Sequence record: PP358550 | DNA from: Escherichia phage FL04 | Direction: 5' to 3' (one strand) | DNA length: 64,000 bases | Program-made: the position numbers and the translations under genes | Shown: in pieces, positions 54,463 through 64,000 of the stretch | How the letters are laid out: each line of letters opens with the position of its first letter | Numbering within the stretch: the first letter of the stretch is position 1 | The notes under the pieces: model-generated | Told to the model about the DNA's origin: nothing | The model's input: the letters and a program-made list of their open reading frames with translations, nothing else | The model's database searches: none

Positions 54463-54490
54463 AAGGGGAGGCCGAAAGGCTTCCCCTTTA
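54463..54490. terminator. bidirectional rho-independent terminator between convergent early and late units
   Basis: AAGGGGAGGCC-GAAA-GGCTTCCCCTT hairpin flanked by A-run (5') and T-run (3'). Confidence 0.7.
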
Positions 54491-54492
54491 AG

Positions 54493-55149
54493 TTATCTAA
54501 TCCTTCCGAGGATTCTGGCAGATTGATTGCAAAGAGTATCTAAATTCTCAATGTCAATATCCGGTTTATTCTTCCATGAAATGGCGATACTACCAGAATA
54601 GACATTATCGAGATTGAATATAGGACAAGAATACATGAAACCTATATCGATATTCTCTAATTTCTTTTCTCTTGATGGAATATACTGGAAATCTTTATCG
54701 GTAAAATAGGATTTACCTAAAAGATGCCTACGATATTCTTCACTCGTTTTATTGATAGGGAATCCGCCTAAATTTTTTTCATCGATTGTATGCGGTAGCT
54801 TTCCTTCATATGCCACCAAATCAACAAAATAGTTTAGGTTTTTCGGACGAAAACTAAAAACAGCAGAAAAATCGGCATCAGCCGACACATGAACTATCTG
54901 TAACTGCTCCTGTGCTGCATTATCAAAATTGCGGTCTTTCTCTACCTGGAGAACGTGAGCATAAGTCTCATAACGAGTCTCTTTATACAAGGCAAATAAC
55001 TCGTTTTTACTATAGACGACAAATGCTAATATGGACAACACGACGGCAGCAAAAACACGAAGTACGAGCAACTCCGTGCTTTTAGTTGTGAAAATAGCGC
55101 GCAGGACATTTGAGATAGCAAAGTCTTTCCCTTTTTCAGAAACTTGCAT
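54493..55149 (-). CDS. t: holin T
   Basis: 218 aa, same length as T4 T; strong similarity (LEQLQIVH.S..ADFSAV.SFRPKNLNYFVD..AYEGKLP, MYSCP.FNLDN.Y.G, ARILGR). Confidence 0.95.
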   Translation of the reverse strand: MQVSEKGKDFAISNVLRAIFTTKSTELLVLRVFAAVVLSILAFVVYSKNELFALYKETRYETYAHVLQVEKDRNFDNAAQEQLQIVHVSADADFSAVFSFRPKNLNYFVDLVAYEGKLPHTIDEKNLGGFPINKTSEEYRRHLLGKSYFTDKDFQYIPSREKKLENIDIGFMYSCPIFNLDNVYSGSIAISWKNKPDIDIENLDTLCNQSARILGRIR

Positions 55150-55182
55150 ATAATGCCCTAAGATAACTATGACAGTGTACTC

Positions 55183-55422
55183 TTATTTAGGTACTTGACT
55201 ATCACTATTTTTATTTTGCTCGTTGCTATCTTCTGACTGATCTTTATTAAACTCCTTATAAAGTTCTTCCACAAAACGATCATCAATTGGCGTATTGGTA
55301 TAAGCCGCAAGACGACGAGCGCAATAGAAGAAAATTTTAGTGAGCATCTTTTCACTAATTAACTTTGACAATAATTTCATTCCGAAATTAGACAAAGCAC
55401 CAATGACGATATTATAGACCAT
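55183..55422 (-). CDS. hypothetical late protein adjacent to holin
   Basis: 79 aa; AAGGAG RBS 8 nt upstream of ATG; amphipathic N-terminus, acidic C-terminus. Confidence 0.5.
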   Translation of the reverse strand: MVYNIVIGALSNFGMKLLSKLISEKMLTKIFFYCARRLAAYTNTPIDDRFVEELYKEFNKDQSEDSNEQNKNSDSQVPK

Positions 55423-55472
55423 AGCCGTTTCTCCTTAGTAGTTTCCCCTTCCGTGGGAGTTTTCCTTAATTC

Positions 55473-55480
55473 TTTTTATA
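55473..55480 (-). promoter_or_regulatory. candidate T4-type late promoter (TATAAAAA)
   Basis: One mismatch to TATAAATA, about 50 bp upstream of the 79-aa ORF. Confidence 0.3.
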
Positions 55481-55487
55481 ATTGCGT

Positions 55488-56270
55488 CTAAACAGCCGGT
55501 CCGTAAATAGCTCCGCGATTTTGCCACGTTGGAGAAGACCCTATAACAGCATATCCAGAATCGCCGCCATTATATTCAGATCCTTGACCACGAATATTAC
55601 ATCTACCTCCTGCGGCGCCTACCTCACCACCGCTTCCACCATTATAGATACCGTTCACGGACCCCGAACCGGGCGCATAAAGAGTACCAGCAGTTGCGCC
55701 TGATTGCATATCAATAGATCCGCCCGGCGCACCAAACGGACGCCCACCGCCACCGCCAAAGGTTAATCTCATTTGTGAAAAAGGAGAATAATACCCACCA
55801 CCGCCACCGCCACCGCCACCTGCAATAGCTCCACCATTATTAATTCTTAGTCTCCCACCAATATCATTTTGAATACAATGCCCACCGGCTGATCCAGGAC
55901 CATTGCTACCGCCATTCCCGCCACGACCATACATCGTTACGCCATGTATATTCAACTGAACATATTCATTCGGTGTATCTCCGTACATAAAGAATAAAGG
56001 AACATCTTTAGAATATGATACTAAATCTCCAGTGATATTAAACACTATAGGTGTACTACCTGCTTCAAAGCATCTATCACGGAACCACTGACCGTTGAAG
56101 TTATGGTCTGCACCAAGTGTATGAATAATTTCTCGCGAGCGACCTGCAAATTGACTCATCCAGCAAGGAACACCCAATCTTAATTGACCAGCCGCTTGAC
56201 TCATCCATCTTTGTCCTGTTTCATTTGCGGCTGAACTTCCAATCCAACCAGGAACACCAACTACTGCCAT
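55488..56270 (-). CDS. 38: long tail fiber tip adhesin gp38 (T2-type, glycine-rich motifs)
   Basis: 260 aa with multiple poly-Gly blocks ([26 protein letters not shown]) between conserved segments; position after gene 37. Confidence 0.8.
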   Translation of the reverse strand: MAVVGVPGWIGSSAANETGQRWMSQAAGQLRLGVPCWMSQFAGRSREIIHTLGADHNFNGQWFRDRCFEAGSTPIVFNITGDLVSYSKDVPLFFMYGDTPNEYVQLNIHGVTMYGRGGNGGSNGPGSAGGHCIQNDIGGRLRINNGGAIAGGGGGGGGGYYSPFSQMRLTFGGGGGRPFGAPGGSIDMQSGATAGTLYAPGSGSVNGIYNGGSGGEVGAAGGRCNIRGQGSEYNGGDSGYAVIGSSPTWQNRGAIYGPAV

Positions 56271-56285
56271 AATTTATACTCCAAA

Positions 56286-56300
56286 GGGGGCGTTGCCCCC
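56286..56300 (-). other. GC-rich RNA hairpin between genes 37 and 38
   Basis: GGGGGC-AAC-GCCCCC on the mRNA strand, directly upstream of gp38 RBS. Confidence 0.4.
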
Positions 56301-56306
56301 TTGTTG

Positions 56307-59105
56307 TTAGAATTTAAAATATTTACTAATTTTGCGAGCAATTTTAGTAAAGAGAGGCGTTTTCAATTCTTTAATTTCTTCACTCATTTCCTGAATAGCC
56401 TTAATTAAAAGAGCATTCACAGCGGAGTTAGAAATTGTCAGAACATCAGATCCATCAACTTCAACTTTAGACACAGCTTCCGGTAATTCTTTTTCAAGAT
56501 CCTGAGCAATAATACCAACTTCGCGTTTAATCACGCTACGATCTTTAATAGACTTAACTTTATCGTAAGTATAAACTTTCAGTCGGCAAACTTTTTCGAC
56601 CGCTCCATATTCTAATTCTTCTTTATTAATCTTGAGACGGGAGTCAGAACGAATATACACATCGCTAAAGCTACCATTTCCTGGTGTATAAAAGAATCCA
56701 TCATGATGGAATTCAAATATAGCTTGTGGGTGTCCAGCATCAGGAGAAGCCTCCGTGGATCCGACGCGAATGATTGCTTGCCCCCACTGTGATGGAATAC
56801 GACGCATACCAAAGTCAACAGCGGTGCTATATCCTTGATTGGTTATAACGCTTCTTGCTTTAAGAATAGGATAATAACTATCTTGACCAACATAACCATG
56901 ATCAACGAATAATGGAGCTTCTACTCGCCATTGGTTGCCCCAATCACCCGGTTGTCTAGCAATCCATCCAGAACCGTTAATGTGTACACGGTCGCGGTTA
57001 ACGTTAACCATTAAGGTATTTTGCGGGTTTAACGCAATCTCACCATTGTTTGTTATATGTACTGCCGCCTGAGTAGCATAGCTATAAAATGCTAGCGAAT
57101 TATCAGCACCACCTTTACCAATATACCAGTTACCATTCCCGTCTACGTCACCGCGAATATGCAAAGCGTTGCTGGCTGTAGTCGATAATACAATAGCATC
57201 ACCCGGACGTTTAATAGTCAATCGACCAGTTGATTCAACTTCACCAAAGAATTTAGTTTTAATTGCACCAGTCGCTAAAGTACGTTCAGTGGAAAAATGA
57301 GCGCCTTTACTATCTTCTAACTGAATAATGTTATCACGAGCGTTATTGCTATCACCCCAATGATTAAACCGGAAATAATCGCGTGATTGCTTACCACCCG
57401 CTTCAAACGTCAGCGTACCTTTACTTAAATTAACATCACCGCTAAAGGTAGCAGCAAGAGAACCGCCTTTTAATACTAAAGCGTTAGCACCGCTAGTGCC
57501 ACCCAAAGTAACATCGCCAGTTTTTAATTGATAGCGGAAAGGTCTATTTGTATTAAAGTTTCCATCTTGATCATTTTCGTCGGTGGAAAGAATATAAAGA
57601 CTTTCACCATCATTACGGAAAATTGTGCCAAATTTACCGCCATACATACGGAATGCATTAGATGAGCGGAATTTAACTTCTGTTTTAAATGTGGTAGTGT
57701 TATTAAGGTTAACAGTAGAGTTAAAATTGGTAGGAGCACCGAAGTTAACAGCACCATTAAAATCTTGTTGAGCTGTCCATGTGTGGCGACCATCTTCAAG
57801 AACAACACGGCGGACTGTGTAAGTTCTATTTCCAGAATTACCGAACACACGAACGACAAAATAACGGTAGTTTGTCTGGGATACAGTACCGCGCCAAACC
57901 TGAACAGTACGCCCTGTGCTAGTGTGTTCACTAGGACCAACGGAAAACATAACCAGGTTTCCGTCAATCGTCCCCCAATCCATATTTGCTGGCATGTTCT
58001 TTATTTTGTTCAAAGGAACGCTAAACATACTACCAGGAACAAAATCAAAGGTTTGCCAATCTAACTCCGCTAATTGAGCTTTAATACCACCCATACCCAA
58101 AGTAATTGGAAGAGAATAAGATGTATATACTTCGTTCCATACACCCCACGCACCACCAGTATATGCACGCTCAAAAATACGATCGCGAGTAGTTGCACCC
58201 GTTCCGGCAGTAGTAAATTTTTGGAAAATAGCACCACCAGAAGCACGCTGTTTAACTTCCAGCAAACCAACAATAACGGCTGGTAAACCTTCACCAGTAG
58301 GACAGTTAATAACGGCATCAGTGCCTAAAATGTTATATAACCCAGGAGTTTTAAAATCATTCAGATCTCCATCATAGAAAGTCGCTGGTGTGCCATGACC
58401 AACCTGCTTCCATTCCTCCCACTTAGGTGCACTAGCATCCCATGCAGCAGCGAGACAACGAGTATAAACCATACCCATGCGGGTAGTATAACGCTGCGTT
58501 CTTGTGTAGAAACCACCTTCAAATATTTCTAAAAATCCTTGTGCGGCTGATCCTTCTTCTGGATAATGGCGATCAAATGATGCGATTGCGCTTGAACTGT
58601 TTCTCCATAAGCCACAATGTTCTAATTCTCCCAAGCTATCAAGGTCAATCGTTTGTGAAAGTGGACGAGTTGACGCTTGAACATTACGCCACACACCCCA
58701 TGGACCATCTACACCATTCCATTTCGCAGACAAAGAACGGATATAAACGTTACCAGACCGAACAGTATAACGCTGAGTGCCAGCAAATTGACCAGCCACA
58801 AATACTTCTAATACACCTACAGCATTCTCTTCTGGGAATTTATTTGCTGGCTGCGCATTTGTTGAAGTTGATTTAGACCAAACGCCAGTAAATTTACCAG
58901 TAGGTCCATAATTATCTAAATTTGCATCAGATGGCAACTCACCGCGAAAGTGTCCCAAAGTAATTACATTATTGCTGTCATCTTTTGTATATAGTTCTCG
59001 ATCCGCTAGGTTAATAGCAAGTTCACCCGGAGTTAGAATATTCGCATCCGGCTTGCGACCTGCCGTACTTGTTCTTTTAAATTGGATTCTCTGTAAATCT
59101 GCCAT
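56307..59105 (-). CDS. 37: long tail fiber distal subunit gp37 with C-terminal intramolecular chaperone domain
   Basis: 932 aa, beta-rich Gly/Asn/Thr-rich repeats; C-terminus has YIRSDSRLKINKEEL autoprocessing-type motif and helical tail. Confidence 0.85.
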   Translation of the reverse strand: MADLQRIQFKRTSTAGRKPDANILTPGELAINLADRELYTKDDSNNVITLGHFRGELPSDANLDNYGPTGKFTGVWSKSTSTNAQPANKFPEENAVGVLEVFVAGQFAGTQRYTVRSGNVYIRSLSAKWNGVDGPWGVWRNVQASTRPLSQTIDLDSLGELEHCGLWRNSSSAIASFDRHYPEEGSAAQGFLEIFEGGFYTRTQRYTTRMGMVYTRCLAAAWDASAPKWEEWKQVGHGTPATFYDGDLNDFKTPGLYNILGTDAVINCPTGEGLPAVIVGLLEVKQRASGGAIFQKFTTAGTGATTRDRIFERAYTGGAWGVWNEVYTSYSLPITLGMGGIKAQLAELDWQTFDFVPGSMFSVPLNKIKNMPANMDWGTIDGNLVMFSVGPSEHTSTGRTVQVWRGTVSQTNYRYFVVRVFGNSGNRTYTVRRVVLEDGRHTWTAQQDFNGAVNFGAPTNFNSTVNLNNTTTFKTEVKFRSSNAFRMYGGKFGTIFRNDGESLYILSTDENDQDGNFNTNRPFRYQLKTGDVTLGGTSGANALVLKGGSLAATFSGDVNLSKGTLTFEAGGKQSRDYFRFNHWGDSNNARDNIIQLEDSKGAHFSTERTLATGAIKTKFFGEVESTGRLTIKRPGDAIVLSTTASNALHIRGDVDGNGNWYIGKGGADNSLAFYSYATQAAVHITNNGEIALNPQNTLMVNVNRDRVHINGSGWIARQPGDWGNQWRVEAPLFVDHGYVGQDSYYPILKARSVITNQGYSTAVDFGMRRIPSQWGQAIIRVGSTEASPDAGHPQAIFEFHHDGFFYTPGNGSFSDVYIRSDSRLKINKEELEYGAVEKVCRLKVYTYDKVKSIKDRSVIKREVGIIAQDLEKELPEAVSKVEVDGSDVLTISNSAVNALLIKAIQEMSEEIKELKTPLFTKIARKISKYFKF

Positions 59106-59138
59106 TTTATAAAATCCTTAACGGTTGTTAGAATAATA

Positions 59139-59167
59139 TTATTTAGAAAAGCGGGGATAATCCCCGC
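59139..59167 (-). terminator. hairpin plus U-tract between genes 36 and 37
   Basis: GCGGGGA-TTA-TCCCCGC then TTTTCT on the mRNA strand. Confidence 0.5.
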
Positions 59168-59172
59168 TAGAA

Positions 59173-60663
59173 TTAGAAAGTACCAAAATCAATTACCGCA
59201 TTAAGCGGAACAGCGCCAACATCATCAGGAGTTGGTTTGTGTCCTTCGTGGTATAATTCAAATGTATCGGTGTCCTGAGTATTGTTGCGTGATTTAACGA
59301 AAATAATTTTAGAATCATGTGTGATGCCTAGTTTCTCGTGCGCTTTAATATCACTAACACGATGAATCATTGCTGTGCCATCTAAGCTATTAAGTCCAGC
59401 GTAGCAATTATCACCATTATAGTTAGCTTTTGCGGTACGAACGCCGTTTGCCGCCGGAACAGTTAACGGTCCTGTCATGGTATCGCCAGTTACGTTAACA
59501 TAGCGAATATCAGCCAATTTACGGTGATCTACATAGTTCCATGCAGTCCATGATTCATTAGAACACGAACGCCAGCACATCGGATGGTCAATAGATTCAG
59601 GATAATACACCTGAACAATTCGACGAGTACCGACCGCATCTTCTGGGCGATATACCATCAAAACGCCGTTATAATAGCTATCAGACGGTTTATTAGTACC
59701 TGATCCAGCATTTTCCACACGATAGATACCGCGATTAATAAGAGTGTTCCAATCAACGTTTCCAATGATTGTTGGATTTGCTACCATTGATTTTTTCTCA
59801 AAGTAGCTCAAACGAACCAATTCATTCGGACCAGCAGGATCGTTTGTCGCCAACATTCTAGGCGCTTGCAAGTTACCTTCCATAATATCACCAGCACGTT
59901 TAACCTGTGCATCATTGGTGACATTACCTAGTCCAACATCGGCTTTAGTTGGTTTATTGTTGGTGTGATAAAAACGACCTTCTTTGCCATTAACAAAAAT
60001 GGTAGGCTCATCTTTGCTACGGAATACCAACGTATCAAGAACGTTACCATAATAGATCTTAGTCGCATCAAAATTAATTAAATCACGTTCCCTTGCAATT
60101 AATTTCGAATCAACCGATAGTTTAACAGTGACAGTGTTTAAATTATATGTTCCTGTGAGAGTATCACCGCGACGAGACACCAAATCTAAATCATTATTCG
60201 TTGGTTTATTAACAGGGCTATAGACGCGTTGACCTGTGTCTTTAATGGTTGTCCCTTCGATAGTCCCTTTAGACTTAAATTCGCCCGTTGTGGTGTCAAT
60301 ATACGCCATAATAACGCCATCACGGGCATTAACAAAGCCTATTGACTTCCATGAATGCAAACCCCAGCTTACGCCGTCAAAATTAGCAGCGTCGCTCTGA
60401 CCTTTAAAGATACCATTCTTTTTGGTTTCCCCAGCCGATGCGCTACCTACGCTTAAACCTTCCTCGAAATGAACTTGCTTTTGAAATGTGCCACCTTCGG
60501 ATGCACTAACAGCATCAAAATCGGTAGCCGAAGGTCTATCAAAAGCGGTATAGATTTTATGACCTTTGTAGAAAAGCTGATCCCCCGCTGGCTGGATCGT
60601 CAAGTTTCCTTGCGTCCAAATGGGAGATCCACCTACAGTAGATCCATATTTCAAATCTGCCAT
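59173..60663 (-). CDS. 36: long tail fiber protein (gp36-position)
   Basis: 496-aa ORF in the slot between gp35 and gp37 homologs; GAGG RBS; larger than T4 gp36. Confidence 0.55.
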   Translation of the reverse strand: MADLKYGSTVGGSPIWTQGNLTIQPAGDQLFYKGHKIYTAFDRPSATDFDAVSASEGGTFQKQVHFEEGLSVGSASAGETKKNGIFKGQSDAANFDGVSWGLHSWKSIGFVNARDGVIMAYIDTTTGEFKSKGTIEGTTIKDTGQRVYSPVNKPTNNDLDLVSRRGDTLTGTYNLNTVTVKLSVDSKLIARERDLINFDATKIYYGNVLDTLVFRSKDEPTIFVNGKEGRFYHTNNKPTKADVGLGNVTNDAQVKRAGDIMEGNLQAPRMLATNDPAGPNELVRLSYFEKKSMVANPTIIGNVDWNTLINRGIYRVENAGSGTNKPSDSYYNGVLMVYRPEDAVGTRRIVQVYYPESIDHPMCWRSCSNESWTAWNYVDHRKLADIRYVNVTGDTMTGPLTVPAANGVRTAKANYNGDNCYAGLNSLDGTAMIHRVSDIKAHEKLGITHDSKIIFVKSRNNTQDTDTFELYHEGHKPTPDDVGAVPLNAVIDFGTF

Positions 60664-60696
60664 AAAGTAACCTCAAAAATTAGTTATAGTTCCGAG

Positions 60697-60704
60697 TATT
60701 TATA
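60697..60704 (-). promoter_or_regulatory. T4-type late promoter TATAAATA
   Basis: Exact TATAAATA on minus strand about 34 bp upstream of gp36 ATG. Confidence 0.6.
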
Positions 60705-60821
60705 GAATGTTAACAAAATATCGCTTCGCGACGTGCCGTAGGCACTGACTAATTTTTAACCGAAACAAATTTCTATTATTCTAAAGATCTTTCTTCGTTT
60801 TGGTTACATTTTAACCAACTG

Positions 60822-60854
60822 TATAAAAATAAAGCCGACCACATGGATCGGCTT
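60822..60854 (-). terminator. rho-independent terminator after gene 35
   Basis: AAGCCGATCC-ATG-TGGTCGGCTT hairpin then TATTTTTATA on the mRNA strand. Confidence 0.7.
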
Positions 60855-60864
60855 GTTAAAAATG

Positions 60865-62004
60865 TTAATCAACATCGAACTCTTTAAAGTTGTTGGATGT
60901 GATGTGTTTATTATCTCTAGGCAGTTTAAGAAGACTCATTACAGGGTTAGTAAAATCACCGTTATCCTGAATATGAGTTGTTCTAACACCATTAACACCA
61001 AATGAAGTAGGACCAGTAGTTTTGACGACTCCACTGATCGGCGTTATTAGTATGTTTCTAATTTTAACAATACCTTCATTGGAGTTGGTTGGATATCTGA
61101 TACAACCAGTTACTACACTATCAACTCCTTCCGGTACGGTATAGACGGCTTCAAACTTTTCCCATTGGTCTTTTTTGCTGGCATTGTATCGAACACCAGT
61201 TTGATATTGTCCATCGGTGAAGTAGTTGTGATAGAAACGCGCTGTTACGTTGGCTGCGGCTGCGGCACTATCACGGAACAATTCAAAGGATATTGATAGT
61301 TTGTCACCTGCCTTTATGTTAAAATCCTCAAGTGGGGCGCTGGTCTCATCATGAGGCCATTGTATTAGCTCGAAATGTTCGGCATCTTCGCTAACATACT
61401 CAACCGGATAATCTAAAAATCGTTGTGGTGTTCCTGTTATAGCAAGATCATCTATAGTATCATAGACTTTCTCAATTTGTATAGATGAATCTTGTCCTTC
61501 CCCGTTGGTCGCTTGCATCCCTTCACACACAATTTTACCCATTTTAGTAGAATAAATTGCTGCATAGGATACACGAGGCATTTGCTGTAGCAAAATGTGA
61601 TTCGGGAATGATACAGATCCCATCTTAGAAAATACAACATCACTTATCGGATCTGCAAACAATTCTCCATGCGTTGCCATCGCAATGATATAGTCACCTT
61701 TCAGCAAAGAAAGATAATCACGCATTGCCAAAACAGCACCGCGACCATAGAATACCTTTTCTTCGTGTAGTTGTCCAGTTGGAGTAAGAACTTTAAAATT
61801 TAGGCCATTTTCATAGCCAGTGCCAACGATCTCCACTCCATTAAATCTAATCCTTGCTGGTTTGGTAGAATCCGCATTAGATCCGCGTACTTCCAGCTTA
61901 TACATCACAGAGTTATTTTCTGAAATGCTGGTAAATGTCGCAGAGTCTTCGTCGAAATGCGCAAACCTAATTCCAGTGTTGCGTAATTCTATATCTTGTG
62001 TCAT
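60865..62004 (-). CDS. 35: long tail fiber hinge protein (gp35-position)
   Basis: 379 aa (T4 gp35 is 372 aa), located between gp34 and gp36 positions. Confidence 0.55.
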   Translation of the reverse strand: MTQDIELRNTGIRFAHFDEDSATFTSISENNSVMYKLEVRGSNADSTKPARIRFNGVEIVGTGYENGLNFKVLTPTGQLHEEKVFYGRGAVLAMRDYLSLLKGDYIIAMATHGELFADPISDVVFSKMGSVSFPNHILLQQMPRVSYAAIYSTKMGKIVCEGMQATNGEGQDSSIQIEKVYDTIDDLAITGTPQRFLDYPVEYVSEDAEHFELIQWPHDETSAPLEDFNIKAGDKLSISFELFRDSAAAAANVTARFYHNYFTDGQYQTGVRYNASKKDQWEKFEAVYTVPEGVDSVVTGCIRYPTNSNEGIVKIRNILITPISGVVKTTGPTSFGVNGVRTTHIQDNGDFTNPVMSLLKLPRDNKHITSNNFKEFDVD

Positions 62005-62016
62005 AATAACCCCATA

Positions 62017-62032
62017 GGGGGCTTTCGCCCCC
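62017..62032 (-). other. GC-rich GNRA-tetraloop hairpin between genes 34 and 35
   Basis: GGGGGC-GAAA-GCCCCC on the mRNA strand, between gp34 stop and gp35 start. Confidence 0.4.
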
Positions 62033-62038
62033 CTTTAA

Positions 62039-64000
62039 TTAGTCTTCCCAGATAAAGTCTACGGTACGAGTCAGATTATTGGCGATGATTTTAACATTAC
62101 CAACTTTGATCCAATCACGAACCGTCATAGAGTTCATTAAACCACCTTCTGCAACTACTGCCCCGATTTCCTGAGCGGTAGGCTTATTCTGTTTGGTGTA
62201 AATTTCACCCCATGCGGTCCATTGACCACCAGTACCGGAACGGATATAATGTTTATGAGTACCATCAGGGGACCAAAGCTGGGTAAGCCCGTCCTCGTCA
62301 GTACCCCATTGCATCAGAGTACCGTTTTTCTTCTCTGGATAAGTTTCTTTGATGTTCTGGGTAGTAACTCGCATATTCCAGAAACCGATGTTACCGATTG
62401 CCGGAGCGGTTGCCGCGCTAGCTTCATGCTTAACAGAAACAATAGGCGCATTATCCATAGTCAGCTTACCGACCATTGTATCGCCAGCATTCTTAACAAA
62501 CTGACGGTTAAGAACTTCGTCAGCGTTTCCTGCGTGTACGATCTGATATTTCTGTCCGGAGATCTCTGTAGTTAACGTTTGAGAACCTGCCTTGATGTTA
62601 ACACTTCCACCGTGACCGATATTCAGCATACCATCTGGGGAACGAGTCATTGCCGGATTAGACTGGTCAACAATGTATAAACCGCCTTGTTTCGCATACA
62701 GGTTACGACCTGCAATAAAGTCTCTATATGCTGTCGCGTCGCCATTGTGTTCCATAGCAAAGGCGTAATGCTCGACGACTCCACCATCATTGATTTTACC
62801 GAAAGCAATAGCATCACTATCAACAACTTGCGCTGTTCCAGTACCACCAACGATAATAGACCAAGAGTTTTTCATGCCTTCCGATGCGGTTGTGCCATGC
62901 AGAGTAATTCCGGTGTGACCGTCAACTCCACGCTCCCCCAACACCAGATGACCATTACTCGGAACATCGGTCGAGTTCTTAGTCACAGACAGAGTTTCAA
63001 AGGAACCTGATTTTAAGCACTCTAAATCGCCCTTCACGTTAACGTTTTTATTAAACGTGTAATTGCTCTCTATGATCTGGTCAATGTCTCTACGCGCCCA
63101 TTTAGCGGCCTCTACGTTACCCAATTTCAAACTATTCTGAGCGGTTGCCATCTTAGGTAAGAAATTAGCAAGTGCGTAGTTTAATCCTTTCGGAGTTACC
63201 GCAATCCCGTCATGCTGGTAGTTTCCTAGCTCTTGAGTAGAACCTTGCAGATTATCACCAACAAAACAGTTTTCCTGAGTAGCAACTTTCAAGAAACCAC
63301 GACGCGCTTCGGTTGCTTTCCATGTATCCTCTGTCTGAACAACATATTTGAAGTTCTTCGGAGAAATTGCTACATTAGCCAGTGCACCAGCCACGGTTTC
63401 GGCTTGAGTACCAACTCGGATAATACCTTCTTTACCTTCGGTGGCCTTTTTGCCTTGCAGCTTTTTAGGAGTGATGATTGTAGTATCATCTTGACCAGCA
63501 TCCGTAAGCTGAGTAGTAGCAACTTTAGCGACACCTTTTGTGTCTTCGGTTGCATCCAGACCGCTGATCATGATACCTTGCCACAAATCACCAGTAAGGT
63601 TAAGCCCCTGAGTCGGATCTACTTTCAAACGCTGTGCATTCTCAAAGAAGGTTTTAATCTTCAATGGGGTAGAAATGCGAGCATCGTCACGACCTGCGTC
63701 AAATTCCGACTGAGTTGCAATTTCTGCTAAACCGTGTAAAGTTTCCGTAGCACGGCGAGTATGCAGTTTTTTAGGTGTGATAATATGGTTATCACTTTGG
63801 CCTAAGTTAGTTTCTTCCTGCGTAGCAATTTCAGCGATACCAGTACGGGATTCGGTAGCAGTACGCTTGGTTAACGTGCGAGTAGTGATCAGCAATGCAT
63901 CTTGCGGGGTTGATTCAGTAGCCCCTTGCACTTCCGCGTCAGTTGCCAGATACCCAACACCACGAGAAGTTTCAGTAGCTTTAACTTCGTTGATGTTTTG
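62039..64000 (-). CDS. 34: long tail fiber proximal subunit gp34, C-terminal part (5' end beyond window)
   Basis: Frame stays open to window edge; repeated T(E/R)..G.AEIATQ-type motifs; first gene of the 34-38 operon. Confidence 0.8.
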   Translation of the reverse strand, partial: QNINEVKATETSRGVGYLATDAEVQGATESTPQDALLITTRTLTKRTATESRTGIAEIATQEETNLGQSDNHIITPKKLHTRRATETLHGLAEIATQSEFDAGRDDARISTPLKIKTFFENAQRLKVDPTQGLNLTGDLWQGIMISGLDATEDTKGVAKVATTQLTDAGQDDTTIITPKKLQGKKATEGKEGIIRVGTQAETVAGALANVAISPKNFKYVVQTEDTWKATEARRGFLKVATQENCFVGDNLQGSTQELGNYQHDGIAVTPKGLNYALANFLPKMATAQNSLKLGNVEAAKWARRDIDQIIESNYTFNKNVNVKGDLECLKSGSFETLSVTKNSTDVPSNGHLVLGERGVDGHTGITLHGTTASEGMKNSWSIIVGGTGTAQVVDSDAIAFGKINDGGVVEHYAFAMEHNGDATAYRDFIAGRNLYAKQGGLYIVDQSNPAMTRSPDGMLNIGHGGSVNIKAGSQTLTTEISGQKYQIVHAGNADEVLNRQFVKNAGDTMVGKLTMDNAPIVSVKHEASAATAPAIGNIGFWNMRVTTQNIKETYPEKKNGTLMQWGTDEDGLTQLWSPDGTHKHYIRSGTGGQWTAWGEIYTKQNKPTAQEIGAVVAEGGLMNSMTVRDWIKVGNVKIIANNLTRTVDFIWED

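Noticed and set aside
55690-55860. Highly repetitive GGTGGCGGTGG simple-sequence tract that could look like a tandem repeat or CRISPR-like array
   Set aside because: It lies inside the minus-strand gp38 ORF and encodes the poly-glycine blocks of the adhesin; no regular repeat-spacer structure.
56271-56280. TATAAATT immediately before the gp38 ATG as a T4-type late promoter
   Set aside because: It lies between the Shine-Dalgarno and the start codon, too close to drive this gene; it is part of the AT-rich initiation region.
59137-59146. TAAATAATA upstream of gp37 as a late promoter
   Set aside because: Two or more mismatches to TATAAATA and it overlaps the gene 36 terminator U-tract; not called.

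Overview
This window is a 64-kb segment of a T4-like (Tevenvirinae-type) myophage genome, reverse-complemented relative to the conventional T4 map. Calls rest on reading the ORF translations against remembered T4 protein sequences and on motifs visible in the DNA; no database search was run. The plus strand (1-54.4 kb) carries the early/replication module in T4 order: dam, nrdC, 49, nrdD, nrdG, nrdH, 55, 47, 46, 45, 44, 62, regA, 43, uvsX, 41, 61, 56, dda, dexA, 39 (fused 39+60 type), rIIA, rIIB, 52, interleaved with many small hypothetical ORFs. The minus strand (54.5-64 kb) carries the late long-tail-fiber operon 34 (partial), 35, 36, 37, 38 (glycine-rich adhesin) and holin t. Early genes sit behind sigma70-type promoters (TTGACA, 16-17 bp spacer, TATAAT-like), most of which carry embedded palindromes. 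The most interesting unexplained signals are (1) two families of dyad-symmetric elements built into these promoters, one containing paired GATC Dam sites; (2) a multi-copy paralogous ~90-aa domain family in at least nine genes; (3) a low-GC HNH/EndoVII-type endonuclease gene just upstream of gene 39; and (4) a P-loop NTPase of unknown function between nrdH and 55. The hydroxymethylcytosine/glucosylation genes that T4 has between 43-uvsX and 55-47 are absent at those positions. No tRNA, rRNA or CRISPR features were recognised.
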